Shown here piece by piece: positions 63,688-64,000 of a DNA stretch of 64,000 bases. Below the pieces are notes generated by a model, which saw only the letters and a program-made list of their open reading frames with translations, was not told the DNA's origin and did no database searches. Origin of the DNA: Coraliomargarita sp. (GTDB taxonomy: Bacteria; Verrucomicrobiota; Verrucomicrobiia; Opitutales; Coraliomargaritaceae); the NCBI GenBank assembly GCA_965216325.1, contig OZ244160.1, positions 2,656,001 through 2,720,000 of the forward strand, given 5' to 3'. Numbering within the stretch: the first letter of the stretch is position 1; each line of letters opens with the position of its first letter. Both the position numbers and the translations under genes were made by a program.

Positions 63688-64000
63688 ATGGCGGACAATG
63701 AATTTGCTCTCTTGAAAGAGCGCTTTGAGTTTCTCACCGAGCGGGAATCTGCGGACCACCTTGCGGTCAATTGCTCGGCTGAGAAGATGATTGAATTCTT
63801 CACCGCGCTGCGTGATGAGTTTGCATATGACCTCTTGGTCGACGTGACTGCGGTTGATTGGGATGCGCAGAGCCCGCGCTTTACCGGTATCTATCACATC
63901 CTTTCGACGACGAAGCACGAATACATCCGTGTCGCAGTCGATTGTGAGGACGATATCAACCCGAGCCTGCCATCGCTTGCAAAGTTGTATCCTGCGGCGA
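63688..64000 (+). CDS. nuoC: NADH-quinone oxidoreductase subunit C, 5' part; runs off the window end
   Basis: Not in the ORF track; hand translation MADNEF...LRDEFAYDLLVDVTAVDW..RFTGIYHILS..PSLAKLYPAA. Confidence 0.9.
   Translation, partial: MADNEFALLKERFEFLTERESADHLAVNCSAEKMIEFFTALRDEFAYDLLVDVTAVDWDAQSPRFTGIYHILSTTKHEYIRVAVDCEDDINPSLPSLAKLYPAA

Overview
Mostly core-genome window from a GC-moderate bacterium. The DUF1549 protein, PVC-type prepilin, short EF-Ts and gene repertoire suggest Verrucomicrobiota, probably Opitutales/Puniceicoccaceae (inference). It holds about 60 protein genes: an Mla/Pqi-type ABC operon, sucCD, dus, dxs-xseB, a split pta, murJ, lpxI, leuS, mrpABCDEFG with a further antiporter, ppk2 and a Na/Pi symporter, a SahR-like regulator, two hsp20, rpsB-tsf, tig-clpP-clpX, ABC-F, recN, clc, rsmA, queCDE and nuoBC. 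There is one tRNA-Tyr. The non-housekeeping signal is mostly non-coding. (1) A class IIC group II intron sits right behind the tsf terminator, with intact RNA ends but a maturase ORF lacking the RT core. (2) Several families of short dispersed repeats occur with no cognate transposase in the window: GTAG/GGAG REP-like dyads and elements whose inverted arms are tandem 6-, 7- or 9-bp units. They nest in each other and have entered coding sequence (a 90-bp in-frame insert in a MenH-like hydrolase, the probable dus start codon, and a symporter stop codon). (3) A structured leader in front of queC-queD-queE is a riboswitch-like candidate. (4) A complete sigma-54/IHF/enhancer promoter layout precedes the hsp20 pair. 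(5) The tRNA 3' end is duplicated. (6) A hybrid sensor kinase has a degenerate ATP-binding domain. All calls come from reading the sequence by eye; no database searches were run.
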